A DNA stretch of 62,028 nt from Candidatus Gottesmanbacteria bacterium (GCA_043801155.1 JAZDMI010000020.1:1-62028); one strand, 5' to 3'. Positions 48,014 to 57,651 are shown, counted from the stretch's first letter. Program-made: numbers and translations. The notes: a model not told the origin generated them from the sequence alone.

Positions 48014-49168
48014 TTAACTGCTTGATTCGCCTAACGTTACATTAATCTTTAATTCCTTACCGTTTCTCCAGACAGTTAATTCGAGTGTGTCCCCTACTTT
48101 TTTGCTACTGATAATTTTTGAGACGGCATTATCATCGTCACCAGAAAGTTTTTGATTATTAATTTTAGTCACGATATCTTCTACCTGTATACCTGCTTTT
48201 TCTGCCGGAGAGCCGGTAATTATTTGTACGATATATGCTCCTTCAGGTAAATCGTTCATTAAAGCTAAATCGCGACTAATCATTTTGTAACGTATTCCCA
48301 AATATGGACGACTGAATTGGCCGGTTTTATTAAAATTGCTTAATGAATCCTTGATAACATTAATTGGTAAGGCAAAACCGATATTTTGGCTTCCCTGGGC
48401 CACCGCGACATTTATACCAATTGCCTGCCCCGCGGAATTAAGAAGCGGTCCCCCGGAGTTACCCGGATTAATAGCTGCATCCGTTTGAATCACATTATCC
48501 AACTGTTCGGCGTAGCCTTCAACAGGCGAACCGGCGGTTATTCCTCTGCCTAATCCAGAAACAACTCCGGTCGTAACCGTATTTCTAAATTCTCCCAAAG
48601 CTGTACCAATAGCAATAACAAACTGACCAACTTTTAGATTTGACGAGTCTCCCATTTCAATTGGTTTTAATCCCGAAGCGCTTATTTTAATTATAGCTAC
48701 ATCATTAGCTGGATCACGATAAATTTTTTCGACATCATATTTTTTATTATCTTTAGTAATAACACGATATTTTACCTCTGTTTCAGAAACAACATGTTTA
48801 TTCGTAACGATCAAACCGTCAGCGGTAACAATAAATCCAGTCCCGATATCTTGTTCAATTTTCTGTGGCTGTTGTTCTTGTGGTTGTCCAAATATTGAAT
48901 AGGGGTCGTATGGATCTATCTGGAAAATTTTGCCAACACTTCTTGTCTGGCTAATACCAACAGTCACTACTGACGGCGATACTTTGTCAACAACGTCAAT
49001 CACCATTGATTCTTCATTAACTATCTTTACGGTCTGCCTTTCAAGCCCGGTAGTAGGAGTAGAAAATTTTAGTTTCGACCAGTTCAGGCCTAAAAGACCG
49101 GAAGAAATACCAATACCTATAAGAACTATTAAAACCGATAGTAAAATGGGAGCTTTTTTAAACGTCAT
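48014..49168 (-). CDS. htrA: HtrA/DegP-family serine protease with a PDZ domain
   Basis: TNKHV, DVAIIKI and GNSGGPLLN catalytic triad contexts, plus a C-terminal PDZ. Confidence 0.9.
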   Translation of the reverse strand: MTFKKAPILLSVLIVLIGIGISSGLLGLNWSKLKFSTPTTGLERQTVKIVNEESMVIDVVDKVSPSVVTVGISQTRSVGKIFQIDPYDPYSIFGQPQEQQPQKIEQDIGTGFIVTADGLIVTNKHVVSETEVKYRVITKDNKKYDVEKIYRDPANDVAIIKISASGLKPIEMGDSSNLKVGQFVIAIGTALGEFRNTVTTGVVSGLGRGITAGSPVEGYAEQLDNVIQTDAAINPGNSGGPLLNSAGQAIGINVAVAQGSQNIGFALPINVIKDSLSNFNKTGQFSRPYLGIRYKMISRDLALMNDLPEGAYIVQIITGSPAEKAGIQVEDIVTKINNQKLSGDDDNAVSKIISSKKVGDTLELTVWRNGKELKINVTLGESSS

Positions 49169-49218
49169 AACAGAGAATATTTTTTCAAATAAACCTGAGA
49201 TAATACTTAGAATTATTC

Positions 49219-49328
49219 CGCGCCTCAGAACGTCAATTTCACAAATTGACCTGCCTGCCCGCCGGCGGCATTGCCGCAGGCAAATGCAGGCGGGAATGAG
49301 GCAAGGAAAAAGGAAAACTTGGACTTAT
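49219..49328 (+). repeat. structured intergenic element, copy C, carrying a nested GC-rich palindrome
   Basis: CCTCA-GAAC-GTCAATTT-CAC-AAATTGAC-CTG, then a 41-nt insert at 49254-49294, then AATGAGG and a tail ending GGACTTAT. The end overlaps the ctpA stop codon. Confidence 0.8.
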
Positions 49329-50539
49329 TTTAATAATTCTATGGCTTTCTCAAGTTGAGTGTCTTTTGTCAAATCTTTTTCATCCATAGCTACCTCATAA
49401 TCAGGTTTAATTCCGGTCCCATTAATCCATAATCCTTTTGGTAAAATCCATTTAGCCGTGGTTACGTGTAAACCTGCACCTCCGGGTAAATCTTGGGCTT
49501 CTTGGATTGTACCTTTACCAAATGATGTTTCCCCGACTAATTTTGCCCGATTATGATCTTTAAGTGCTCCGGCGACAATTTCTGATGCCGAGGCTGAACC
49601 TTTATTAATAATGATTATCATGGGAATTGTTAATTGTTTTCCTTGACGATCTACGTTATAGGGTGTTTGTGTACCGCCTGTCTGTTCCTGAAGTACGACT
49701 AATGTCCCTGGTGGTAAAAATTCTCCAGCAATAAAAACTGCTCCGGAAAGATAACCCCCGGGATTATTTCGTAAATCTAGAACTAATCCCTTAATTTTCC
49801 CGGACTTATATTCTAGATCGATTTCATTAATGGCATTTTCCCATTCGGTATTAGTTTGGTCACCAAATTGAGACAATTTAAGGTAAGCGGTATTGTCTTT
49901 TTTTTGCCATTCTACTGATTTGACTGATATTGTATCCCGAGTAACCGAGATATCGATTGCCTTATCTTGACCTTGATGGACAATCGATAAGGTAACTTTT
50001 GAATTACGAGGTCCGCGAATCTTATTAACGGCTTCCGGTAATGTCCAGTTACTAGTTTCTTGACCGTCAACTTTAGCAATCCAATCACCGTTTTTAATTC
50101 CGGCTTTTTCAGCCGGAGAATTTTTTAAAGGAGCGATAACAACAATTTTATTATTTTTAATGCCAAGCTGGGCTCCGACACCGTCAAATTGCCCTCCCAA
50201 ATCTTCTTTTGTTTGCTTTTGTTGTTCCGGGGTTAAAAATACCGTATAGGGATCGTTAAGCGATTGCACCATGCCTGATATGGCACCCCAAACCATTTTC
50301 TGTGGATCTAATGCTTTCTTATCAATATAACTTTTCTCTAATCTTGTCCAAACGTCCCAGAATAAAGAGAAATCAATCTGTCGATTAAGTGGGGCGGTGA
50401 CATTGGTAACCGACATTTTCGGTTTAAAGTTTTGCCAAGATAAAGTAACATCGTTTTTCCCTAAATTGTAACCAATACCACCGATTAAAATTGTAAAAGC
50501 GATTAGAAGAATAATATTTCTAACAAGTCTTAAGGGCAT
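49325..50539 (-). CDS. ctpA: carboxy-terminal processing protease (S41)
   Basis: PDZ region, then GSASASEIVAGALKD. Confidence 0.88.
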   Translation of the reverse strand: MPLRLVRNIILLIAFTILIGGIGYNLGKNDVTLSWQNFKPKMSVTNVTAPLNRQIDFSLFWDVWTRLEKSYIDKKALDPQKMVWGAISGMVQSLNDPYTVFLTPEQQKQTKEDLGGQFDGVGAQLGIKNNKIVVIAPLKNSPAEKAGIKNGDWIAKVDGQETSNWTLPEAVNKIRGPRNSKVTLSIVHQGQDKAIDISVTRDTISVKSVEWQKKDNTAYLKLSQFGDQTNTEWENAINEIDLEYKSGKIKGLVLDLRNNPGGYLSGAVFIAGEFLPPGTLVVLQEQTGGTQTPYNVDRQGKQLTIPMIIIINKGSASASEIVAGALKDHNRAKLVGETSFGKGTIQEAQDLPGGAGLHVTTAKWILPKGLWINGTGIKPDYEVAMDEKDLTKDTQLEKAIELLK

Positions 50540-50550
50540 ATAAATGAAAA

Positions 50551-50931
50551 TTATTTATCGGTTAGAGTCAGCTTTTCTTCTTGCGGATCTAGTGTTACTT
50601 CCTTGCCATTAAAATCCTTTATGGTATTAAAAGAGGTTTTATCCACAACCAGAAGCGGTAGTTTTATACACAAACTTTCACCTATCTCCCAATTTGTTCC
50701 GTGTTCCAATGCTTCGAAAAGCTCACTCTCAATATCAGTAACAACCAATCCGACAATACTTAGGGCTTTAACTTTCATTAGGGCCGCTCGGCCAAGTTTT
50801 CCAACGGCAATAATCTTCCCGCTTACTTCTTTAGTCAAAGCCAAAATTGGGAGTTCTTCTTTGCCTAAAAATATTAGTTCTGCTTTAACTTTATTTCCAG
50901 TGGCTTTTATTCCAATAATTTCTTGGCTCAT
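50551..50931 (-). CDS. hypothetical protein in the slot normally occupied by rplI
   Basis: 126 aa with no L9 motifs. It overlaps the rpsR stop by 4 nt. Confidence 0.4.
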   Translation of the reverse strand: MSQEIIGIKATGNKVKAELIFLGKEELPILALTKEVSGKIIAVGKLGRAALMKVKALSIVGLVVTDIESELFEALEHGTNWEIGESLCIKLPLLVVDKTSFNTIKDFNGKEVTLDPQEEKLTLTDK

Positions 50932-51173
50932 CTTAATTTTGCCACGAAGGGCAGTAAAGCTAAAATCCTCGCCCGTTTAATTGCTATCGTTAATAACCGT
51001 TGATGTTTGTGACAAATCCCGGTTCGTGCTTGTCCGGAAATTTTCCCACGCTCGGTAACGAAACGGCGTAGTTGATCTACGTTCGTATAATCAGGAATAA
51101 TTTTTTCCTTACAGAAATAACAAGACGTTGGTACTCGCAGCATCCTTGATCTATGTTGATTTCTTCTCATCAT
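50928..51173 (-). CDS. rpsR: ribosomal protein S18
   Basis: CYFCKEK...[18 protein letters not shown]...[10 protein letters not shown]. Confidence 0.9.
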   Translation of the reverse strand: MMRRNQHRSRMLRVPTSCYFCKEKIIPDYTNVDQLRRFVTERGKISGQARTGICHKHQRLLTIAIKRARILALLPFVAKLR

Positions 51174-51178
51174 AATAG

Positions 51179-51769
51179 TTAAAAAGGAATGTCGTCGGGA
51201 TTTATTTCATCTTCCTTTGTATTATCGTTTGGTTTTACCTCTTCGGTATTTTTTGTTTCCTCGGTTGCTTCAGTTGCTTTTTTCTTTTTTTTAGATGTAT
51301 CATCTATTGATGGTGTTACCGGACTGGTTTGATTTGGAACAACGGGAACAACATCGGCTGACGGTGCGGTTACTCCGGTAGCTGTCGGAGTAACATTTCC
51401 TATACCTACAACTGGAGATTCTTCACCCATTCTTCGACTGTCTAAAATAATCATATCGTCAATGACAATCTCGGTAGTCGTCCGTTGATTTCCATCCTGA
51501 CCCTGCCAGGTACGAGTTTGCAGTCTCCCTTCAACAAAAACTTTTCTTCCTTTGGTTAAAAGTTGAGAACAAAGCTCGGCTAGCTTATTCCAAGCAACGA
51601 TACGATGAAATTCTGCTTCTTCTCTTTTTTCACCACTTTCCGTGGTCCATGCTCGATTAGTGGCTAAACCTAATGAACAAACAGCTGTTCCTTGGGGTGT
51701 ATAGCGAAGTTCCGGATCCCGGGTTAAATTTCCGATTAACATAACTTTATTTAAAGAACGTGTAGACAT
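51179..51769 (-). CDS. ssb: single-stranded DNA-binding protein
   Basis: [21 protein letters not shown] fold and an acidic tail ending DDIPF. Confidence 0.92.
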   Translation of the reverse strand: MSTRSLNKVMLIGNLTRDPELRYTPQGTAVCSLGLATNRAWTTESGEKREEAEFHRIVAWNKLAELCSQLLTKGRKVFVEGRLQTRTWQGQDGNQRTTTEIVIDDMIILDSRRMGEESPVVGIGNVTPTATGVTAPSADVVPVVPNQTSPVTPSIDDTSKKKKKATEATEETKNTEEVKPNDNTKEDEINPDDIPF

Positions 51770-51773
51770 ACTC

Positions 51774-52058
51774 TTACTCCTTTCTCACAAGTAAATGGCG
51801 TAATAAATTTTGTTCAATTCTTAATCTAGCTTCAAGTGGTTGAGCTTCTTTTTCTGCAAATTCCAGATCTAAATGATAATATATTCCCTGATCTTGTTTT
51901 TTAATTTTATAGGCTAAATTCTTTTTTCCCCATTCATTAACTGAACTGATTTTCCCGCCACTATCGGTGATTGACTTTTTAATTTTATCCAGTGTTTTAT
52001 CCACACTAGTTTTGTCTAGATTAGTACTTAATATTAATGTTAAATCATAACTTCGCAT
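51774..52058 (-). CDS. rpsF: ribosomal protein S6
   Basis: MRSYDLTLIL start, and rpsF-ssb-rpsR synteny. Confidence 0.85.
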   Translation of the reverse strand: MRSYDLTLILSTNLDKTSVDKTLDKIKKSITDSGGKISSVNEWGKKNLAYKIKKQDQGIYYHLDLEFAEKEAQPLEARLRIEQNLLRHLLVRKE

Positions 52059-52107
52059 AGATTGTATAATAGCAAAATTAGTGAAATTTAACAAGTAGGA
52101 GGGAAAG

Positions 52108-53163
52108 TTAAACTATCAAACAAGCTCTTTTTATTCTTTGTTCTCTAAACATTTTACTTTCCTCGCTTGATATACCAAGAATTCCTTCTAAATCATCGCT
52201 GTTTTTAGATTTATCATCCAATATGACAGTACCGCTCATACGCCAAACAAGTTGGAATAAACGATAAGTGTCGTGCTGTAAAAAGGTATTTATTCTGTCC
52301 TTATTTATTCTTATAACTAGTATCGGCGGTTTGGTTGGAGGATTTTTAACCAACTCACTATATGCCCAATAAGATCTAATATCGTCGGCAAAAATGATAT
52401 TTTCTTTTCCAAAATCACCTATTTTTTTCCTGGTTTCTTCTTTAGTCGTCTTGGATAAAAATAAAAGGCCTTCATGGGGTAATGGAGCAACAATTCTAGT
52501 TTGAACAATATAAAATTCCGTTGTTACTGAAGTCCTTACATCATATCTGCCAACAAATTCCATTTGATAAGCATAACTTTGTCCTTGTTTATTAAAAAGC
52601 TCTTTTGCTTGCTGGTGCATGTTAAAAGCTTTTAAAAGACATTCTCTGTCAACACCTTCGTACGAACTATAATCATTAGTAACCTCGAAATCTAAACCAA
52701 AAGAGGCATACCCTCTTCTGGGTAAGTGTATACCTTGGGCTAAAACCATTTCTTGTCCGTTATCCATGGTAATAACCCTAAAATTGGCATGTCTTATCAT
52801 TCTTTGAAGAAAAAAGTCAGCTTTCAATTTGTTTGGATGAATACCACTGGCTTTACAATAATTCCCTATCTCGTCATTGGTATACGGATGGAATGGGTTT
52901 TCTCTTCTCGTTTTTAAAAATTTTTCCCAGCCTTTTTTCGAATAGATATCGTCTGTCGACAGAACATTAATTAAATAATTATCATTTATACCTATGACCC
53001 TTCCTCGTGCTACGACAGCTTCACCTCTATTGATATGTCCTTCCGCTATTTCCCAATCGGTAAAAATTTCAGGAACAGGAAAACCGTGACTGGCCAAAAA
53101 CTGTTGGCCTGTAAGTTTATCCAACTCTCCAAAAGGGGTTTGTAATACTTCGTGGCTGTTCAT
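52108..53163 (-). CDS. hypothetical protein (weak ATP-grasp-like N-terminus)
   Basis: LTGQQFLASHGFPVPE resembles ATP-grasp N-terminal segments. Otherwise unrecognised. Confidence 0.35.
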   Translation of the reverse strand: MNSHEVLQTPFGELDKLTGQQFLASHGFPVPEIFTDWEIAEGHINRGEAVVARGRVIGINDNYLINVLSTDDIYSKKGWEKFLKTRRENPFHPYTNDEIGNYCKASGIHPNKLKADFFLQRMIRHANFRVITMDNGQEMVLAQGIHLPRRGYASFGLDFEVTNDYSSYEGVDRECLLKAFNMHQQAKELFNKQGQSYAYQMEFVGRYDVRTSVTTEFYIVQTRIVAPLPHEGLLFLSKTTKEETRKKIGDFGKENIIFADDIRSYWAYSELVKNPPTKPPILVIRINKDRINTFLQHDTYRLFQLVWRMSGTVILDDKSKNSDDLEGILGISSEESKMFREQRIKRACLIV

Positions 53164-53216
53164 GTTGAAGAATATAACATTAAGAGGCTATAAATTCAAT
53201 AATTTCTTCAGAGGAG

Positions 53217-54359
53217 TTAAACATTAAACTTAAATTCCACTACATCCCCATCTTGCATTATATAATCTCTACCCTCTTGCCTAACTTTGCCGGCCTCGGT
53301 ACACTTCTTTTCTCCGCCAAAATTTATATAGTCATCGTAGGAAATTACATCCGCCATGATAAATCCTTTGGTAAAATCGGTATGAATAACTCCAGCAGCC
53401 TGGGGAGCTGACATTCCTTTTTTAATCGTCCAAGCCCTAACTTCCTTTTCGCCGGCAGTTAAAAAAGTCATTAAACCTAGTGTCGAAAATGCTTTTTGAA
53501 TTAGTCTTTCCAGGCCGCTTTTTTCAACTCCCAATTCTTTAAGATAGGATTTCTGTTCCTCCAAAGATAACTCGGCTAATTCAGCTTCTGTCTTGGCCGA
53601 AATCGTAACCACCTGCCCGCCAGTCGCTTGCGCTCTGGGCGCATGCAGGCGGGTCTGATTCTCTAATCCTAATTCTATTGAATACTTTTTTTCAATTTCT
53701 TCGCCTTTTTTTAAATCATTTTCATCTACATTTAAAACGACCAAAATAGCTTTATCTGTTAATAGGCTTAATTGTTTACTGGCTGTTTTTTCTTCATCAG
53801 ACAGGGTAATATCTCTAGCCGTTATCCCTTTGGCTAAACCCTCTCTTAACTTAATTACCGCTTGCCAACGAAATTGATCACTCTTAGTGATAGTTCCCCG
53901 TGGTTCACTTTGTTTTTCCAGAGTTTGTAAATCCGCTAACATAAGTTCAGTTTCCACTGTTTTGAAATCACTTTTCGGCTCAACACTTCCATGTCTGACT
54001 ATGTTGGAGTCAGTAAAGTCGCGGACAACATGAGCAATGGCGTCAGTTTCTCTTATATGTGATAAAAATTTGTTGCCTAAACCCTCGCCTTTTGATGCAC
54101 CGGCAATCAGCCCAGCAATATCCAGAAATTGAACCGTGGCCGGAACCTCGGGAGGAAGATGATCCAATCCTTCGGCCTTCTTTATTACTTCTGCTAACTT
54201 TGCCAGTCGTTCATCAGGAACTGGCACGATACCAATATTGGGTTCTATCGTGGCAAAGGGAAAATTAGCCACATACGCCTGCTGTTTTTTAAGAAGAGCG
54301 TTAAATAATGTAGACTTACCTACGTTTGGAAGACCAACAATTCCTACAGACAAAGACAT
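53217..54359 (-). CDS. ychF: ribosome-binding ATPase YchF
   Basis: GIVGLPNVGKSTLFNAL, and a TGS-like C-terminus. Confidence 0.93.
   Translation of the reverse strand: MSLSVGIVGLPNVGKSTLFNALLKKQQAYVANFPFATIEPNIGIVPVPDERLAKLAEVIKKAEGLDHLPPEVPATVQFLDIAGLIAGASKGEGLGNKFLSHIRETDAIAHVVRDFTDSNIVRHGSVEPKSDFKTVETELMLADLQTLEKQSEPRGTITKSDQFRWQAVIKLREGLAKGITARDITLSDEEKTASKQLSLLTDKAILVVLNVDENDLKKGEEIEKKYSIELGLENQTRLHAPRAQATGGQVVTISAKTEAELAELSLEEQKSYLKELGVEKSGLERLIQKAFSTLGLMTFLTAGEKEVRAWTIKKGMSAPQAAGVIHTDFTKGFIMADVISYDDYINFGGEKKCTEAGKVRQEGRDYIMQDGDVVEFKFNV
53612..53653 (+). repeat. GC-rich palindromic element inserted in frame in ychF
   Basis: CCTGCCCGCCAG...ATGCAGGCGGG is 42 nt. Read on the minus strand it encodes TRLHAPRAQATGGQ. 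Confidence 0.8.
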
Positions 54360-54426
54360 ATTAAAGTATTATAGCAAAAATATATGATTGGTTACTATGG
54401 GGTTTGTCAAGACTAAAACTAAATAT

Positions 54427-55818
54427 CTAGAACTCTCTTGGTTGAACTGGAATAGCAGCTAAACGGTTAATTATAGCTTGCCCTTTATATTCCTGAACTT
54501 TTCCCGTCCATTTATCGGGCCTTTCCAGATAGCTATTTAACATATAGGCTGAACGATGATGACAATTTGCTTCCGTTGGTTTGAACTCCCATACATTAGT
54601 AAACTCAAATAGACTTATTGCTTCTTCAGTTTCTTCAACCATAGCTAAAAAACATTTTTTTGTGACTTCTGCCTGATAATCATCTTCCCAAAGATTACTA
54701 GAAGTCTGTGGTTCTAATAACTTACCCCATAATCTATTAAATTGCTCGTCTGATAATTTCATCAATCGCATCTCATCCTTTTTTCTAAAAGCTCTGTAAT
54801 CAGCAAAATCTCTGAAACACAGATAATATAACGTTGGATCCATACGGTCTAATAGTTCGTAATCCTGGGAATTTTTGGCTTTTTTGATATAAGGAACGAA
54901 TTTAGGTTTTTCTACTAACCCTACATGGGAAATTTCATCTAGGGTAAAGTGTGTTTCTCTTGGAACAATTAAAGGAGCTTCTAAGGTTATGGCTAAAGTA
55001 GGAATTCCATAGGCTGCACCTTGGTAAGGATGTGCAGAAGTAAAATATACATCTTGACGGCTTGCTCCCGTTGCAGCTCGTTCTCCCGAACCATGAGTTC
55101 CAGTTGTAAAACCATAAGGCAAAGGAATTCCCCAAGTCGTACTTAATTCTCTTCCTTGGGCAATATGAACTTTTTGTAATTGGGTAAAATAATAACGGTT
55201 ATAATCATGACCAAATGTATCTTCAAAGGCTCTAGTATTTTTTTCTGCTTTAGGGTCAATTACTATTTCTACTCCTTTTGCTAAATGGGGGAAAAGATAA
55301 ATAGCCCTGTTTAAAAGGTCATTAAGTTTTTCTTCTATTTCCTGTATCCCTTTATCTGTTTTATCCCTTGTTTTGAGCTCGGAAAATAACTCTCCGATGC
55401 GTTCATTGATTCCGTGAAGACCTTTTCTTTCAACAATGTCTATATATTGTAAATCAAGAATTAAGTCTCTTAACCTATCTGTAGCCCCAAAACCTACTTG
55501 TTCAGCTTTAAATGGTTCTAATTTTTCATGAAGTTGAGCTGCACTAACTGTTTTTCCCCCGTCATAAACTAATTTTTGTCCTGACCAATCGCCCACAGTA
55601 TCAAGAACTTCTGCAAGTCTAAGTCTAGTCTGAATAACTGATTGAGAAGTTGAGGGATATTTATCTGAATCATCAACAGCCTCTTTACGAATTTCACTAA
55701 CTCTCGCATTTACTGAAAGAGTTAAAGGTGAAACCTCAGAAATAGGTAATGGTTCAAAATCTTTTGGTCTTATCATATAATATTGCCGATTATAGGCTAA
55801 ATTATTGATATAAGTCAA
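54427..55818 (-). CDS. hypothetical protein (463 aa from the TTG; alternative ATG at 55776)
   Basis: Long open frame with no recognised motif. Confidence 0.4.
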   Translation of the reverse strand: MTYINNLAYNRQYYMIRPKDFEPLPISEVSPLTLSVNARVSEIRKEAVDDSDKYPSTSQSVIQTRLRLAEVLDTVGDWSGQKLVYDGGKTVSAAQLHEKLEPFKAEQVGFGATDRLRDLILDLQYIDIVERKGLHGINERIGELFSELKTRDKTDKGIQEIEEKLNDLLNRAIYLFPHLAKGVEIVIDPKAEKNTRAFEDTFGHDYNRYYFTQLQKVHIAQGRELSTTWGIPLPYGFTTGTHGSGERAATGASRQDVYFTSAHPYQGAAYGIPTLAITLEAPLIVPRETHFTLDEISHVGLVEKPKFVPYIKKAKNSQDYELLDRMDPTLYYLCFRDFADYRAFRKKDEMRLMKLSDEQFNRLWGKLLEPQTSSNLWEDDYQAEVTKKCFLAMVEETEEAISLFEFTNVWEFKPTEANCHHRSAYMLNSYLERPDKWTGKVQEYKGQAIINRLAAIPVQPREF

Positions 55819-55934
55819 ATAGTATAAAATAAAGATTCGTGAGTTATGGTATGGGGTACTTAAAAGTTATTCAATAATTTCAGGAAGATTTTTTGAACAA
55901 AAATTCAAAAGTCCTTCGACTGTGCTCAGGACAT

Positions 55935-55962
55935 GTTGGGATAGTGAAAAGACTATCCCAAC
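55935..55962. promoter_or_regulatory. perfect 11-bp-stem hairpin/palindrome in a divergent intergenic region
   Basis: GTTGGGATAGT-GAAAAG-ACTATCCCAAC. Confidence 0.4.
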
Positions 55963-56034
55963 TGATAAAGACATGCAATGATTATATCAAAAATAATTTC
56001 GATATTTTATTTTCATAGTGTATAATGCCAAAAT

Positions 56035-56814
56035 ATGTTAGATAAAGACCAGCAAAACACCCACTTGTCCAATGAAACTCTTATTTATTCACTTCTTAAA
56101 CGGTTGCAAGACCCTGTTTATTTACCAGCCTTAGCAGAAGTAAACGAACTTTTGGAATTGAATAAGGCAGTAAAAGTAAGTATGGGAAAATTTGAACAGG
56201 AACATTCTATATATGAATTTTGGACAAGGGAATATATAGAAACACTTAGTGGATATCTTAAAGAACGAATAATCTCCTTGCGTTTAAGAGATAAAAAAAT
56301 CATAACGATTCTGGATACAGGAGCAGGAGACGGACGGTTGTGTTATTTCTTAAGAATGAGTAAGAATTTATCCCCCTTATTGGACATCTGTAGAATTATA
56401 GCGAGTGATAACGGATCTTGGAAAATCACTCCACAATTCCACGTAGAAAAATTAGATTATAAAGAAGCTCTAGAAAAATGTAAGCCGGATATAGTCTTAT
56501 GTTCATTTATGCCTCGTGGAGAGGACTGGACGGCAGCATTTCGAGAACAGCCAAGCGTAAAAGAGTACATCATAATTGGCGATACCGATTGTACTGGAAA
56601 TGATGATACTTATGGGTATGGGGAAGGTTGTTCGGCAAACTATGATAATGGAAGTTTTGAGATTACTAACCTAAATTATACACCCCCACACGAAAGAGAT
56701 GGCTTTACTCGAACTAATCTGTTTTTTAGTAGACTAAATCATTGTGTATATGATAACGATTTTATCCCCGATCGCTCAAGGACACTTTCTTTCAGAAGAA
56801 CAGAATCAGCATAA
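56035..56814 (+). CDS. hypothetical protein, class I methyltransferase-like
   Basis: ILDTGAGDGRL resembles SAM motif I. Confidence 0.4.
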   Translation: MLDKDQQNTHLSNETLIYSLLKRLQDPVYLPALAEVNELLELNKAVKVSMGKFEQEHSIYEFWTREYIETLSGYLKERIISLRLRDKKIITILDTGAGDGRLCYFLRMSKNLSPLLDICRIIASDNGSWKITPQFHVEKLDYKEALEKCKPDIVLCSFMPRGEDWTAAFREQPSVKEYIIIGDTDCTGNDDTYGYGEGCSANYDNGSFEITNLNYTPPHERDGFTRTNLFFSRLNHCVYDNDFIPDRSRTLSFRRTESA

Positions 56815-57002
56815 TACTCTACTTTGTAACAAATTTTAATTATAAAAGGATGAATTTTTTGGTAAGATGGATGAAGTAATGGGAGAATTGAAAGCAATCC
56901 GCGGAGAACGAACCTCTAATTAAAATCCTTGGTAAGGGTATAAAGGAAAATATATAACTATATGCAGGTCCTACTATTCCAATATATAGTGTCAAAAGAA
57001 GA

Positions 57003-57569
57003 TTATAGCATCTCTTCAACTTTTACGAGAGCTATTAGGGTATTAGGATCCCTAATTAGTTTTCGAGCATTTAGTATAGATTTCCAACCAATCTGGTAAA
57101 ATTCTTTGGCTAGTAGATTATTGTCAGGTAAAAATTGATTTTTATTAAATGAAAAGAAGTACCAAATGTCATAATGATACCTGCATATTTGTTTTTCCGG
57201 ATGTTCTATTTTTGTTAAAGTCATAAGTTCTGGTTTAGGAATTTTAGGAAAGTTTACATTTGTCCCCCACTCTTCTTTTATTTCTCTTTTTAATGCCTCT
57301 TTGGGATTTTCTCCTTTTTCAAAATGACCACCATTAAATAACCAAAGACCGGATTTAATATGATGACCAATAAAAACCTGCTTCGCAGAAGGATCGTAGG
57401 CGGCGAAATAAACACAAAAATGAGATAAAGGATTTTCCTCACGGCTTAAATTCCCCCCTTGGGTCCTTTCAAGAAATTTATCCTTTTCTTTCTTTTCTGT
57501 CGGAATAGAAGAAATAACTTTTTTTAAAGTGATAACCAGATTATTTGAGTGAAATATGAGAAGATTATA
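57003..57569 (-). CDS. Nudix hydrolase; the open frame is much longer than the ORF-track call and lacks an ATG/GTG/TTG start
   Basis: My translation upstream of 57224, in the same frame, gives ...SHFCVYFAAYDPSAKQVFIGHHIKSGLWLFNGGHFEKGENPKEALKREIKEEWGTNV... This contains a complete Nudix box GGHFEKGENPKEALKREIKEEWG. The frame is open from 57569. Confidence 0.6.
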   Translation of the reverse strand, partial: YNLLIFHSNNLVITLKKVISSIPTEKKEKDKFLERTQGGNLSREENPLSHFCVYFAAYDPSAKQVFIGHHIKSGLWLFNGGHFEKGENPKEALKREIKEEWGTNVNFPKIPKPELMTLTKIEHPEKQICRYHYDIWYFFSFNKNQFLPDNNLLAKEFYQIGWKSILNARKLIRDPNTLIALVKVEEML

Positions 57570-57651
57570 CTAGAAATTAAAAGATTAAGAAATTAGAAAA
57601 AACGAAGATGATCTAGTTTGATATGTTGATTCCCGGAATCGACAGACTCAT

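Noticed and set aside
48930-49358. 142-aa plus-strand ORF spanning the htrA start and the htrA-ctpA gap.
   Set aside because: Its C-terminal half is a translation of repeat copy C and the nested GC palindrome (..RRRHCRRQMQAGMRQGKRK..). The remainder is antisense to htrA.
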